From the NCBI RefSeq assembly GCF_036321535.1, contig NC_087467.1:620001-684000 (forward strand): a DNA stretch of 64,000 nucleotides, written 5' to 3'. A model generated the notes under the pieces. It had not been told where the DNA came from and searched no databases. It worked only from the letters and a program-made list of their open reading frames with translations. This stretch comes from Camelus dromedarius (Eukaryota). Position 1 is the stretch's first letter, and each line of letters starts with the position of its first letter. The position numbers and the translations under genes are program-made. Of this stretch, positions 61,291-64,000 are shown piece by piece.

Positions 61291-64000
61291 TAATCACACA
61301 TCTTTGTCCCAACTTCACACACACACTAAGGATAACAAATCTTTGCAGTTTGAAAACATCATTTCTAGAGTCACACAAAAAGGATCTCTGTCCTGTCTTG
61401 GTCAGTGAGCAGTTGTGCTCCTAGAAAATTCACAACTTTATAGCTACCTCATTAGCAAAAATGAATTAGCTACCTTATAGTTTCAAAATTTTAGTAAATA
61501 TACACATAATATGTATATGAAGATTCTCATATACATTCTTATTACTATATAAAGATTGTGATACAGAATGTGAGAGTTAATAATAAAGAAAAGAAGAGAT
61601 AGCATTTTTAGTTGAATAACTATGATTGCAAGCACATAAAACACATTAATTAACTTTGTCTAAACATGCAGGCAATGCATTATTACTACGGCTAATCAAA
61701 TCCTGTTGCAAATTACTCTATGCGGTGGTAGCTTGACTAGGAATAGAAATTTAGTCACCAGGCTGGGATAATAATCACTAAGGAGTGACTGCCTTTTCCT
61801 CCTCAGAGAAAGGAAATCCATTCATGTGCCAAATGAAATTCTAAATCAATTCTTCAGTTTGCTGTTTAAATGCAAAGTAGTCAAAACATTAGTTGATTAA
61901 GTGCTTAATTTTGTGAAGCAGGATTCGTGAAAAAAAATGGAGCTTAATTATATCAGCATTACAATGATTTTCATTTAGAACATACTAACAAAAAAGACTA
62001 AAGCTATTCAAAGAGTCAACACGAATAAAAAGTGTTTTGAATTATAAAAGAATTACATAAAGTGCAGGAAGTATATTCTCAATCATCTCATTGGTCAATG
62101 ATAACATTTACATTTTTGACTTTAATAAAATGAAGACAAAAGAAAAAGAGGAACTCAAAAGATATGATTAATAAAAATAACCATGTGTCCACATCCTTGG
62201 CTCTATTTCCCCAAGAATTCATGAATAATTTTAAAATCTGAGTAGAGACCAGCTATCCATGGATGGCTCCAAAATAATAAATAGAGGTTCTAATAAATCA
62301 ATTGAAATAGATGGATTGAGAATTTTAAACTGTTTATTCACCTCGCAGCCCATACTCAGACTGGATTAACCATTTGAGAGTTAATTGGCTGGAAGAAATT
62401 CACAGTTTACAAATCAGCTGCTTATTTAAAAAAAAATGAAGTAATAAAAGATATTGATACCTACCATTTTTGTTTTATAACAATATTGAAAACTTTTCCC
62501 AAAATTTTAAAAACAGTTTTCAGGACTTTTATTGTAGTTTTTTCACTACAATTATACTTAGTAAATGGGGTTATTGTTTTTTTTTTTTCTTAATGTTTTG
62601 GTTTTAAAAAGACAAATACAATACCTACTCTATCTATATGAACCATAAGTGATTGAGGGGAAAAAAAAATAATTTTCATGAGAAGGAATGGAAAAGTCAA
62701 AAGGCTATCCAAAATATTTCCAATAAAAACAGTCCTATTTAGAAACTCAGTAGTTTATGGCAACTGTTAAGAACTAAGAACACAACACAGTAATAGCTAA
62801 TATAAGGAAAATATACCAGAAAAATTTCATACTGTTGAGAGAGAAAGGACAAATTCTTATTCTTCTAAGTGTAGCCAAAGGGGCCATTAAAATCTACACT
62901 TTACGTATCAGAGAGTGACTGAACAAGACTCTGCAACTGAAACAAGAACGTTGAGAGGTTATGTAAATTAGCCTTCCAAAAAGTATAAATCATCACTTGC
63001 GAAAATCTGAGAGGCAGTGAGAAAAGAATACAGCAAAAGCAGTTCTTTCAGCAACCACCCTCCTCTGCTCTCAGCATGTTCCAAATAGCCTTCCATCTTT
63101 AAGGGACCCCTCTTTCCACCGACGCCCCTTGTACCTGACTGTGGCAACCCTGCCAACAGCATTTACATTGAGTGGAACCAGCACAGGGAAAGGAGGGGTC
63201 TCGGACGCATAGACAAACTTCTGGCAAAGGCAGGTCTGTGTTCAACAACCAAAGCAAGACTGTGGGCTGAAAATTCCCTGATCAAAGCATGTAAATTTGA
63301 CAGTCACTCTTGAAAATAGTGATTCTTTTGAAATCAGATTGTTGATTGCTTTCCTTTTCTGACTTCTAGAATTCTCAGTTTGGTGAAATTTCAGAGACTT
63401 AAAATCTAGAGTAAGCCTCCTGATAAGAGGTAGAATTTCTTTATAAATGAATGCCCCAGGGACTCATCTCTGCTTCCTCTGCCCTCAGCACCCTTTGATC
63501 ATGGTCCTCCCCACCCGTTTCCACAAGGGACGGCTACTATTCATTGTTTCAAAGCTTGCTGTTTCACATACACATTTTTGTTTCACTGAAGATGCTGTTG
63601 GCAGAAAGTAGTCAGCTGCTAAAAGCAACTTAGTGGAATTCTTTGGAAGAAATAAAATCTACTAACAAAAATAAACAATCAATGCAAAAAATATAAAATT
63701 AATGTTAAACAATAGATTAAATAAGTTAATATAAAAATAAAAAACACATCATTTCTATCTAAGTGGATGTTACTTTACACAGTTAATATTTTCCTGAAAA
63801 ATGCTCTGTCAGCTGATTAATGTCAAGTTTTACAAAACTTTATGTAAACCCCAAATTTTGTAAACCACATTTCTTATATGAAGTATGAAAGTTAGTTATT
63901 CAGAATGTATAAAGTTAAAATTTTCTGAAGTTAAGACTCGTCCAACATTTAAACACTGAGTCACTGAGGCCTTCATTCATTTGCTTTTTTATAATGGAAT

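Overview
AT-rich mammalian genomic DNA, most likely a camelid (alpaca, llama or camel). Two tRNA-Ala-derived Vic-1-type SINEs support this, and I saw no Alu, B1 or Bov-tA/Bov-A2 elements. No intact protein-coding gene is supported. The only recognisable gene is a disabled, intron-containing copy of ZRANB3 (SNF2-family fork-remodelling translocase/endonuclease) on the + strand, with three exon remnants at 3797-3867, 5653-5902 and 10643-10728. These carry a frameshift with a premature stop, loss of the 3' half of one exon, destroyed helicase motif II (DESH->GESC), a changed motif III, an 18-nt duplication and a non-GT donor. I found no further ZRANB3 exon in the remaining 53 kb. The rest is old and young interspersed repeats (L1, L2, MIR, MLT1/MLT2/MER21, two ERV1-like solo LTRs, hAT and Tigger-like DNA elements), two assembly gaps and unique non-coding DNA. 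It also holds a perfect 3x41-nt tandem repeat, a 65-bp inverted repeat, a ~83% GC 29-nt minisatellite and several small CpG-dense patches inside old sequence. All ZRANB3 and repeat-family comparisons are from memory of the human protein and repeat consensus sequences, not from a database search. Repeat boundaries are approximate unless a TSD or TIR is quoted. I do not see evidence for a new multi-gene system. The best lead is the dead or truncated ZRANB3 copy.
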